Assembly (NCBI RefSeq): GCF_001194135.2
Contig: NC_068981.1
Location: 155,007,043 to 155,071,042 of the forward strand
Origin: Octopus bimaculoides
Lineage: Eukaryota
Direction of reading: 5' to 3'
DNA: 64,000 bases
Part shown: piece by piece, positions 24,761-37,600 of the stretch
Layout: each line of letters begins with the position of its first letter
How positions within the stretch are numbered: position 1 is the first letter of the stretch
Made by a program: the position numbers and the translations under genes
The notes under the pieces: model-generated
Told to the model about the DNA's origin: nothing
Databases searched by the model: none
The model's input: only the letters and a program-made list of their open reading frames with translations

Positions 24761-25584
24761 ACTGGTATCAAAAAGTGTGTTTGTTGAAATGGTGTTTATC
24801 TGTCTGATGTTAGGTGATCTTGCAAATTTAAATATTTGCTCATGTTTTTAAATTAGCTGTTTAATGATTAGAATCTCTTATTGCCATCTATTATCATGAA
24901 TTGGGAGTGGTTAGGTCAGCTGCAACAAACAAACTGATTTATCTTAGGATACAGAACATTAACTAGTGTATAATATTGAATATTTATTACATAGAATTTA
25001 ATATATGAGATGTTTCTTGTTGTAAGACTCCAAGATTTCTTTCATGAATTAGTTATTGAACCTATTACAATATTTCTCTTACAATATTTCAAGTTTTCTC
25101 AGCTGAACCAGTAACTATTCTTCATTGAAAAGATCTTTTTGCATAAAAGCAACACTTATATACTATTTATTGTTCTGGTATCTAGTCTGCTTGACCTCAA
25201 CACTTTTTTTTTCTTTTCTGTTAAAGTTTGATCTAGAAAACATATTTTTTGCAATGTAATAAACTCAAGACTTGCTACTTGCATTGCTTCTCACTTTAGG
25301 GTAAATTTCGATATCACTTAATACTGCAGATGTGTTGTTTTATAAAAAAATTTCCAGTTATAAAACCTTTATCAATATCATCTGAAATATTGTAAACTGA
25401 GACACAGTGCCACAGAGAATAAGGAAGTTAGTTGTTGTATGTAAGATGCTATCTTAAAATGGGAATTAAACTTGTACAATTAATGCCTGCAGAGAAAGAT
25501 TATAAGGATATTCTGTTGATTTTTGTAATAAAATATAACTTCTTTTTAACTTACTAATTAATGAAATTATTATTTTCAGCGAAC

Positions 25585-25695
25585 ATGGGAGATATCAAGC
25601 AGTTTTTATATGCTTGGTGTGGTAAACAGAAGGTCACTCCTGTTTACGAATTCAACACTGGTGGACCGAAACATAAACCTCGGTTCAAATGTGAA
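25585..25695 (+). CDS. DHX9: DHX9 coding exon 1 (dsRBD1 start)
   Basis: Acceptor ttttcag ends 25579, ATG 25585; [37 protein letters not shown]; donor GTAAGT, phase 0. Confidence 0.96.
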
Positions 25696-28600
25696 GTAAG
25701 TAAAGCTTTACCTTTTTTTTGTGCAGTATAAATCATTCAAATTGCAAAATAATTGTTCTCAATTTTTTTTAAAATAAAAGTACCAACACATCTATATTTT
25801 TCAACTCTTAGCATCTGTAGTAATTTATTTCTTTTCATTTTTACATGATTTCAAAGACATTATTCCTACACTTCAAATTTTATTTATCTCCAAAGTGCAC
25901 TCCTATAAATAAACAATAACATGTGTGAGATATTTCTGAATGCTAAAAACTCTTTTAATTTTCCTCCACAATGTTTAGTTCTGTCTTCCACATTGATTTA
26001 CATGATAATGTGTTCCACCATCTGAAATGTATCTTGCTCATAGAAAACAAGAATATCCTACATACTGTCCCCATTTTCTGGTTCACTCCAAACTTGTCCC
26101 TTTCTTGACCTCTTACAAACACCCTTATTTTAAAATGCAATTTCTGAACAATAGCATTATTACAGTTATATGTTCCCAGTTAATGACTCATTGTATTTCT
26201 GATGGCAAGAGTGTCAATAGAAGTAGTGTCGAACCTGATGCATAGCATTTAGTCTGTAAATTTGCACTTTTTTTTTCTCTCTTGCCAGTGTTTATATTCT
26301 AGGCTGATAATAGAATTAATGAAAGATACAGACATACTTAAATAATTGCATGCATTTATATTTGTCCAGTGAACTTCTGTGCAGTTTCCTTCTGCTGAAT
26401 TCCACTTGACTATTATTAGCATTCAACTTGATGTTATGGTAGAAAACATTTGCCTCAAGTACTGCAAATAGGTGCCATTTTTGTCTCTTTAGATCTTGCA
26501 GAAAACCTTTTACTTCCTTTCTTAGAACTGCCATCTGGTAACCAACTACAACAATTCAACTTAGCAATAAGTATTCAATATAAACATAAACTATACTAAC
26601 TTTACTTAGCAGTAGATACAAGCATGGCTTGTAGGGTTAAGAAGTTTGCTTTGTAAACTACAAAGTGCAAGGTTGATCCTATTGTGAATGCACCTCTGGC
26701 ATTTGTTTTCTACCATTATCTTGGGTTGACCAATAACTTGTGAGTAGAATTTGATTAGTGGAAATTGAGCAGATGTACAAGGTTTGTGAGTGAGTATCTA
26801 TGAGCAAAAGATATAAGCATTGGCAAGAGACACTCCTTTGTCTATTGCACTATCAGAAATGCAATCAACCAGTAAGTAACTGACCTATTGCAACTCTGAA
26901 GCTTAGGATGTTGTTCACCAACTTCCAATGTAAAACCATCTCACATCTCTAGTGCTTGATGGTTTCATGTGGGTCTATTTTCTACCTTGCTTTCTTGACT
27001 TAATAAATGAAGCATTTTTCTACACCTGTTTGGTTTTGACAGATGTATAAATTTGGATGTTGGCGTGAATTATTGAATTGGTTATTTCTTACAAAGATTT
27101 ATAACATAGCTGTTATTTTAGGTATACACATTTCTGTTTAAAATCTCATTTTAATTTTTCTATTTATTAACTTAGGCTGAAACCATAAAACAAGTGCTGG
27201 AATACTGACTGCTTGTTCATGGACTCATTCAGATTTTGTTACTGTTCTCATTACGTTGTATGCTTAAGGAACATGCATAGTACTATTTTCTTGTGTACTT
27301 TGCTGAAAAATACATCTGAATCCACCTTAATTTGTAAAACTAACCTTTTTAATGGAAGTGTTCTGTGAAAATACTTAACATTGGCACATGTGGCTGTGTG
27401 GTAAGAAGCTTGCTTCCCAACCACATCATTCTGGGTTCAGTCCCACTGTGTGGAACCTTGGGCAAGTGTCTTTTATAGCCTCAGGCCAACCACATCCTTG
27501 TGAGTGGATTTGTTAGACAGAAACTGAAAGAAGCCCATCGTGTGTGTGTGTCCTGTGTTTGTCCCCATAACTTAGTACTGGGATTGATTCATTTAACTAA
27601 AAATTCTTCAGGGTGGTACCTCAGCATGGTCTCAGTCTCATGGATAAACTCTAAAATGAGGTAATTTACAAGACTTTTTGCATTGGTTAAAACTTTATAA
27701 ATCAGTTGTCCATGTATATCATAAACTATCTCTTCAATATTTAGTATAAATAGCTAACAAATATAAAGGGCAATAATTTGATCTTATAGATCTACATATG
27801 TTGTTATTATTGTAACTACTTTCCTACTAGAAACAAATTTAAATAATTATGCTATATAATTTTTCTCTGTTAAACACAAGTATTCAAGGAATCTAGCAGT
27901 GATGTGTATTGGCAAAAGCCAATTTTAAGTGTCATGAGAAATGAATTCTAACCATTCTTCTATGTCAGAATTTTCTCTTTACATCTCATTAATATTTCAT
28001 CTGTTTATATAATCCAGTCTTGTACGAAGTTATTTTAACACATCTCTGAAAAACTTTAATCTCCTTTATCTGTAAACTCTTATAAACTTCATTTAAAAAA
28101 AAAAAAGTTTTTTTTTTTTTTTTTTTTTNNNNNNNNNNAAAAAAAAAAGTTTTTTTTTTTTTTTTGTTTTATTTCAAACTTAGATGTTAAAAAGTATTCA
28201 TGATATAATTTTTATTTTCGATATTTCTGAATGATTCAGCTTTTGATCATTTTTTTTTTTTAATGATCTTATAATGTAGGGCAGGAGCGCACACATACAC
28301 ACACATTATTACTTGGAGTTAAGGTGGCAAGCTGGCAGAATTGCTAGCACATTGGGCAAAATGCTTAGCAGCATTTCATCCATCTGTTCTGAATTCTAAT
28401 TCCACTGGGGTCGACTAGCCTTTCATCCTTTCAGGGTTGATAAAATAAGTACCAGTTGAGCACTACAGTTGGTGTAATTGACTTAGCCCCTCCTCTGAAA
28501 TTGCTAGCCTTGTGCCAAAGTTTGAAACCAATATTACTTGAGCGTGTTTGAAATTTGTGATGAGCTGTGTTCTTGATGTTATAATCATTTATATATTAAG

Positions 28601-31600
28601 TTTCATGGATTTCTTGTCATTATCAAATGTACTTGTTAGTGTATTTTTATATAATTAGTTTTACACGGTTCTGCTTTTGTTTCCTACAAATTTCTGTTAC
28701 TTTAAAGATATGAAAACCAAATTTTTTAGAAGCAGTTTTCTTATACTGTTTTCATATGATGTAAATGAGATGGAAGGAGAATGTGAAACATTGATTTTTA
28801 TCATGAAGTAACTTCAGAAGACTTACTAGATCTTAGCTTATGATGTATGGCAGGAGCGCACACATACACACACACACACACACTCCCTCCCACTCTCTCA
28901 TACATAATGTTATTGGCTGAAAAGAGCAGGTGACCAAATATATAAATTTCTTTGGAGCTCTTTTAAATTGATATTAAATAAAACTCCATCAATAGTATAG
29001 ATGCACCAGGAATTTAGTTTGTGCATAGATATTAATTCTGGTTGCTTTCATGCCATATTTTACTGTTGCCAGTGGATTTGGTAGATCAAGAGCTAAATTT
29101 AGTAGTTATTGAAAAGCAAGTTTGTGTCTAAATAAAGTATCTGGTTTTATAACCCATGATATAGATTCTTTGAATAAGTAGTGTAATTGTATAAAATTAG
29201 TGAGGTTGAATGTTTTACCATTCTTTGGCATATCAGCATCCCACATGTTATAGAATTGATGCATTCCTGAAAATGTTACTATAGCAGGGAATTCCATTCC
29301 GATTGACATTCATGTAATATGGAAGTCAATGGGAAAAGGTTTGCATTACAGAATTCTTTGCAAAAAGGTTTTCAGGAACACATAACTTCCATAATGTGAA
29401 GGATCCTTGTTTGTTTACTCATATATGAATGTAAAGTTAGATAAATCTGGAATAGTAAAAACTTTAAACTGCAAAAGATAGTTGTATAGATACACAAACA
29501 TGGCCATGTGGTTAAGCAGTTCATTTTGCAACCACATGGATTTGGTTTAGTCCCACTACATTGCACATCGAACATAGGCGAGTGTCTATTACCAAAGCCC
29601 TAGGCCAGTTCTTTGTGAGTTAATTGGTACAGGGAAACTAGTTAGCCCATTGTCTTTGTATGTATGTGTGAAAATGCATGAGTGTTGATATTTTGCTTGT
29701 TGTCATGGATAAAGTGATGGTGATAACATTATGACTTATCTCTCTGGACTTGTGGAATAGAGGAAATCCTTTACTTGAAAAAGAGGTTGGTTGGCAACTG
29801 GAGGAACTCACTATTAAAAGTCTTTGACTTCTTGTCCAAGCCATACAAACAGAAAAAAGGATGTTAAATGAATGAACATACATACATGCATCTCATCCTA
29901 ATTTTGTATCTACTTTTGTGTGTGTTATGTGTTTGTTGTACACCACACTGGTTTATCTTTATCCACCATATTATGGCTTCTTAATATTTTTTTAGCATGA
30001 TAAATGGGAAAAGAGGTCAGTCCTGCTATATTTCTTGGAAGAAACAAGCACTGACTGGTAGCTTTTCCAGCCTTCTTGGAGTACTGCATAGCTGATTCTG
30101 TTAGAGTAAGAGAGAAAATAAAATTAGTCCTAGTACATGTCTTGGATGGCTAAATGGAATATTTGAACTTAGAATGTACAATCAGGAACAATTACTGCAA
30201 CGTTTTTGCTGAATTCTCTTATGATTCTTCCAATCAACTGCTTTGTGTGTTTGTGCAGGTGTGGGAGGTATGGGTTTGTGCCTAATTATCTGTGGAGTTA
30301 GTTGTTAGAAAAATATATTTTGTAGGGAGAATAAGGCAGGTGAAAAATGTTCAGCAAACCATTATCTCTCTTGACAACAAAGGGTTATTACCAGGGCTGT
30401 GGAGTCGAAACAAAAAACTTTGACTCTGACTCCTCTACTATTGGCACCTCCGACTACTCTTTATGTAATTGATTGGGTTTACATATCCCATAAAGCATAT
30501 GTATTTGCTTGTACTTTGAGTATGCCTATATGTTATAACTGGTTTATATTAAAGAATAAAGATATTGTGAGTTGGAGTTGATATAGTTTTACCGATTCTG
30601 ACTACCCCTTAATTGCTTCTGACTCCAACTCCATGGGCCTGGTTATTACACTAAACTTCAGCTAGCCAATCAGATAGATTTTTCTGTATAGAGAGATTCT
30701 ATCCAGGTTGATTCATCTTAACTTATAATGTCTTTCAAAATTCTTTTCCAATCATATTCATTTACATTTGACATTGTACTCTTCACTTAGACTGTTTGTA
30801 AACTTTTAAGTTTACATGACTGAAGAAAAATTAGTTTAATTCTAGGTTTAGTTTACTTATATTTCCATTGTTTATTCTCTATCAACAGTAGGGAAACTGA
30901 ATTGATATACCACAGTTATAAAATCATTGATACTCAAAGTTTGCCCATATCATATTTGTGTATGTGGGTGCTTGAGGTAAAAACACATTTATCAAAGCTT
31001 GTGCTGTTGTTCAGTTCAGGTGAGCACTGGTAGGATAGACCTATGATCAAAAAGTGTTTCGGTTGTTGTTCTCCCTCCCCACCTCTCTTTCTCACATCGA
31101 AAGCATATCTACTACTACAAATGTATGCTTGCTAATCCCTTGAGTGCCTGCTTAGAGCAGCAGTGCACAGCCTATGGGTTGCATTATTCTGAAAGAGTTG
31201 TGAAGATAAAAATCTTTCACTTTTGTAATTTTTGATAGAACATATGTTCTGGAGAAAAATACTTTTTGCTGCAAAGACTGAAGAATTTTTCTGTGATGAA
31301 AATTATGAAATGCTTATGTGTGTTTGTTGTATATGTATACTGTATATAACTTAGGTGTTTAGAAAACAGTTGCAATTGATGTTGATTTGCATAAATGGGT
31401 TGCAGTGGTGCGACTTGTATGTTAGTGGTTGGTTCACTGTCAAAATATATAATTGTAGGCATCAAGAGTTTATCCTGTAATTGGCAGATTTTGTCATACT
31501 CTTTTGGTATTGGCTTCTCGATATTTTGAGCAGTCTTCTATTTTGAACATCTGTAGTAAATGATTGTATGTTAATAACAATGTGCCTTTGTCTTTAAGTG

Positions 31601-34600
31601 AAGAAACACTGAAAAAGCACTAAAATAGGGAAGTTGTAATTGATTGTAGCATAGTTGAAATTAAATTCCAATTCATAAGTCCTCCGACCCCGACTATTCA
31701 TAGTGTAGATATTTTAAGATTAGAAAAAAAGCTCTCTGCATACTGCTTCACAGATATATCAAGTTTTAGACATCTTATGTTAAGTTGGTTTTTCAGGAAT
31801 ATTTTACAGATAAGTCTGCTTTTGAATGCATCAGAAAATTTCCTTCCTGGAAAAAATACAGCAAATTTTTTTGTCTATTGTCACTTAAATCAAGAACTAG
31901 GGGTTTATGGACGGAATCCTTGCATAAACTTTTTTTTCTTAATTTCTACTGACTACATTAAAATTCAAGTGTATCTAACTTTTTAGATACATATTATTGT
32001 TGTTTTTTAACATGCACTTTTCTATGCTTGCATGGGTTGGGTGGAATTTGTTGAGGTAGATTTTTCTACTGCCAGATGCCCATCCTATCACCAACCTTCA
32101 CCTGTTCCGATGTGAGGTGATATTTCCTCATGACCAGACACATTTTTATGTAAGATTGGAAATGAATGACACCACTTCCGTAAGAGTGCTACTCATTTAC
32201 AATTATCATGTGAAGGCAAGGCAAGGATATATAAGCACACTCTCTCTCTCCTGTGTGATGGGTTTCTTTCAGGTTCTGTCTACCAAATGCATTCACAAGG
32301 CTTTGATCAGCTCAGAGCTACAATAGAAAACACCTGCCCTGGGTTTCACTCAGTGGTATGAAACTTTAACCTTTCGATTGGTTTAGCAACTTAGTTACTA
32401 AACAGCTATGCCTGCACCTCATAAAGTTAAGCAAATAGAAACAGCTGTTAATGTGTTTTTCAATTTTTGTTTGTTCTATGCTTGCATTAAATTAGCTTAC
32501 ACTTGTCACTGTCATTTTTCATCTGGCAAACCAACAACAAAGTCATCAGTGATAGATGGTGTATGTCTTATTATTTATCATTTCTTTCTTCTCCATGCTG
32601 ACATCATAGATTCAGTAGTTCAACAGGTCAGAGGATCACATCTTGTTTCAGTTCTGGCTTAGTTTCCATGGTTGGATGCTCATCTAACACTGCATACATT
32701 CTTTTCATGGCACTAGCATTGTAGAGGTTGTCTTGCCCACAACAAAACTAAAGGAGTCCCTTAAAGCCTTGTGTTTTTTCGGCTTCATTTCCCAACCACT
32801 TTATAGAGTGCTTTTTTTTTTCATGCACTAATAGTAGTGAGATCACCTTGTAACTCAGAGAGTGAAAGCACCTCCTCAATTGTAAGAGATAATTGATGAC
32901 ATTTGGTGAGGTGTTGTTAGAAGTTACAGTACGATGGAAGAAATGGATTTGTTGTTGTGAGGAGGTGGTGGCTGTGGAGAGAGTTGCAGAGGTGACTAAG
33001 GAGATGCTAGAGCATAGAGAGAATGGTGAGTGAAGTTTGCAAGACTGAAATACCACCCCTCTGCATTTGAGCATCATGATTTAGAAGACTAGAGAAAGAA
33101 AGGTAGCAGGATATGAATGTGGAGGCAGGGGAGATCCAGAATGTATAGGTTGGGTGGCATGGTACTATGTGTAGAGGAAGAGATGAAGAAATTGAGGATA
33201 TAAGGTATAGAAAGAGCTGAGGATGTAATAAGTACACATTGAATACTTTCGTGGCTTAGTATGATTAGTAGAATGTGTGTGTGTATACATACACACAGAT
33301 TTTTGCATGTTTCTTTAGTGAAATAGCACCCTTTCTGTTATCACTCACTTAACAGCATGGACTGAGTCCATTTTATTGTGCATTGCACTAGAGAGGTTGT
33401 CTTTCAGGTCTAAAGAAGCTTCTCGACTATCATTCCTGAATTTAATATTTTATAAAGATATCAACACATGTTGAATCATTGTTTTAAACTCAAATTCAAC
33501 CACAATGCAATCTGACTTGCATGTAAAACTTTGAGAAACTCACAAGTTTTAGAATTTACCTGTTATATTGATATAAATATATAGTCTGTAACTTGCATCA
33601 TTTACAGTGTTAAGTGTAGTTCAGCATAAAAATTGTCTCCATTATGTAGGCAGAGAGGTTGGAGTTGCAAATATTCTTGGGCAGTTTCTTTAGCACTGCA
33701 TAGAAGGAGATATTTAGGGTTTGAAAAGTTACAAAAGAAGTTCTCATGTTTGGTATCGAGAAGGGGTGGCTATACTATCCTCCAATAAAGTTTACTTCTT
33801 TTTATATGTATGTGTAGGTTCACTCATGGCTTTCTGGTTAACTTTGCAACCACATGGTTTCAGATTCAGTCTCACTGCATGCTGTCATGGGCCAATGTCT
33901 TCTACTGAGCCCCTAGTGTACCAGTGCCTTGTCATTGAATTCAGTAAATGGGAAATGTTTAGAATCCTATTCTGTGTATGTGCGTGCATGCATCTTGTTT
34001 GTTGCTCTCTACTTGACAACTGGTGTTAGTTTGTTCACGTCTTTGTAACTTAGTGGTTCAAGAAAAAAGAAACTGATAAAGTATCAGGCAAAAATAAGCA
34101 CCAGGATTTGATTTGGTTAACTAAACTCAGGTTAGTGCCCCAACATGTTTATAGTCCAATGACTGTAAAAGAGAGAGAGAATGTGTGTGTTTTTTAATAA
34201 AACATTGCTTATCTTGTCTTCATCTTCCATCCATTCCATCAATATTTCTCAGATTTTCTTTCAGAGTTGCCATTTTTAAAGTACAATTCTTAGACTTGTG
34301 GGCAGTGCTACATACATAAAATATTAATAGAAATATGATTAACATAGTTTTATCTTTCAGAAGTCAATAACCATTTAATCATTTGTACAACTTGCTCTCT
34401 GACCTGTTGCTGATATAACACGGTTGCAAACTGGCAGCAGCAGTTTGAGTTATGATTTACAATTTGTAAACTATGATTCCTGATCACAATTGGGTTTTCC
34501 TGTTCTACTTCCTGCTTCAAGTTCTTTACCTTTTAGTCTGAATCCAGAACATTACTTTGTGTATAATTACTGTAATAAAACAGATAATGGTCCTAGCTTG

Positions 34601-37600
34601 CTCATCCGATATCCTTTATTGTTAACTTGTGTTTCCTAGATAATTTTAAACAATTTGATACTTTCCTATAATTTCAATGTGAATGTAAAAAATGTAAAAA
34701 TTTGGGTTAAAAATTGAAATAATATTAATAATGATTTGTTAAATGCTTTTATTTCTTTTCATTTTAGATTCGGGTTGATAATTTCGACTACATTGGTGTT
34801 GGTAATTCAACAAATAAAAAAGATTCCCAGGCAAATGCTGCTAGGGATTTTGTCCAGTTCTTAGTTCGGCAGGGACAGGTCCAACAATCAGAAGTGCCTA
34901 CTGTAAGTACATATCTTCAGTCTTTTAGAAAACTTTAAAAAATTTTTTTTTTTAATTAACAATATTTGCATCTTAAATATGTCAAGTCTACATTAATATT
35001 CTATTATTGTTAGCATTCTTAGATATGTAGAGTATCTTCACAATTCATTAGGTTGTTTACTAACATCCATCTTCCATGCAGGCATGAATAGGACTGTTGA
35101 CAAGAGCTGGCCAGGTAGAAGACTACCCTAGGCTACTGTGTCTGTTTTGCAGAGTTTTTATGGCTGGATGCCCTTCCTAACACCAACCACTTTGCAGAGT
35201 GGATTGAGTGTTTTTCATGTGACACCAATGTGTTTATAAATAATAATAAATTAATGTCGATTAACATTTAAGAATTTTCACTGCAAGGTCTTCATGTCGA
35301 CTTCAGAATAGCTTTTAAATAGTTCCGTTTAATATATATGAAGAAACTGTTAACTGGAATATATTATGCATTGCTATTTTGTATTTCACCACTTCAAAAT
35401 TGTTATTGTAGGATAAATTAATAGCCATGTGCATTATTCATGATATAAACTAGAAAACATTTAAAAATGAATTTTTAGCTAAAACCATGAATCACAAATA
35501 ATATGTAATAGTAAAGTACAGTTTTATCTATTCCCTTTTGCATTCTTTTATCTTCCAGTTAACTGTTGGCATGGGTGCTGGGACAGCAGAAACTGTGTCT
35601 GGAAATGACACACCTGCAGATGATATGACTGATTCTGGAATATCTTCTGGTGGCTGTAAGTTAATTCTTTCTATACATTTCGCTTTTAGAAAAAACAGTT
35701 TGTTAATGAAGAATTTACTTTAAACAAATATCTTCTTTCTTGATAGCTTTCCCTGGATTAGACGCTAACAGAGATATTCCTGCTTATCAAAGGGGCCCAC
35801 CAATGAGTTATTTGGACCGACTTGCAGAAAAAAGGAAATTGGAAGAAGTAATTATTTTTTCATCATTTTTTCTTGATTTTTGCTGTCAATGTCTACATTA
35901 TTTATTTACCATATTTAGTTGAAGTATTGAGTGAAGAGGTGGTGGTGGTGGACTTGTTTCATAATTGTTCTCTGTTAAGTTTAGGGCAAGTGCAGACTTT
36001 TTTTTTTTTTGGAGTTAAGAAGTTTAAATTTGCGACTACATAGTGCCAGGTTCAATCTGTTATGCTGTATCTTATAGAAATACATTCTACCATAGCCTTG
36101 GGCTGATCAATCCTTGTGAGTGAAATTTGGTAGATGGAAACTGTGGAAATATATCTGAAGGATAAATCCTGTTAGTACCACTGTCTGACCTTTGGGTGCC
36201 TTTAGCAGGTTTGACTGTTTTAAGAATTCAGCACAGTCAGCATTGGTAGCCCTAAAAATGCTGTGGGTTTTATCCTATCTTCTCTGACCAAGCCTAAAAA
36301 AAAAAAAAAAGATGCAAATGTTGTGTGGGCTTTGTTTCCTTTTGTATTTGAATAAAATGGAAGACATAGATCATATTCATATCGACATAATAACTTGAAA
36401 GTAGCTTTTAATGTGGTTATTTATTATAATTAATAGGAAGAAAATATTTCCATGTACAAGAACTTCCAATAATGCTTGGCAAAGAAGAATGGATCATTGA
36501 TAGATAACTATTTCATTTTATAGTAGTCCTGTAGCAATGAAGCAAGAACTAAATGTTATGATATCTTTTGTTACCATATTTCTGTTTAAATACACTTTTG
36601 TTTCAATTAACTCTTAGTAAAAAATTAAATAATTTTGCCATTATTAAGTTGGTTTTTTGTAACTTAGATTTTAACAGAAAGTTTTAATTTAGGTCATCTT
36701 AACCTTTTTGACACTAACCCATCTAAGACTGCCCTCTGGTTCTATATGATGCAAACTCCTCGTTAAAAGTGATCTAAATTAAAAACTTTCAAAATGGACT
36801 GTTAATTTATGTTCCAAATACCAGCATAATAATGATAGTTATTTTTCTGTTCTTCGTTAATTTCAGAATTAATTGAAACAATAGAACTATAGGTTTATCT
36901 TTGATGGGTTGGTATGAAAAGGGTTTAAAAGCCTTTTATAAAAATTAGAATTTTAATGTTATTTTAGAGATGTCAGAAACTAAATATTTAGGAGGTTATA
37001 TACTGACACGGCGCTAGTTGCACAAGCTGATACTCGTTGTTATTTAGAACCAGATTAACTCTGATCAAAAGCCTTTCTAAGTGTGAATATCACTTTCCCC
37101 CCCCCCCTCTGCTCAAGCATATTGACTATAGAACAATGTTGTCTAATATGTCCTTCCTGTTTTTAAGACAGTAAAGTGAGATCTAGCAGGTTGAGCAACC
37201 ACGTAAAGAATCTTTTTTTATTTGCTCATAATGATATTGGACAAGTTTAGATTGTTGATATTTGCAATATCTTTTTCTAAAGATGGGCACATTGCAGTTA
37301 GCTGGAATCTGTGATGGAACTAGTAGATCTTTTTGCATGGAATATAGCACAAATGAACTCAATCTCAGTTTTCGGTGACATGACACTACTAATAATAAAC
37401 TTAATTTACATATGTTAGATATAATTAAGGTATTAGATTTCTCATTACTATTCTGATTTTATTTCTTCAGTCAGAAGATCTTGACTTGAATGCTAGTATT
37501 CACGGCAACTGGACACTGGAAAATGCTAAAAGCAGACTCCATCAATTTCTGCAGCAAAATAAAATACAAGCTGATTATAAATATTCTATGATAGGTCCAG

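Noticed and set aside
28090-28165. Duplicated A(n)-G-T(n) palindrome
   Set aside because: Homopolymers on both sides of an N gap; assembly artefact likely.
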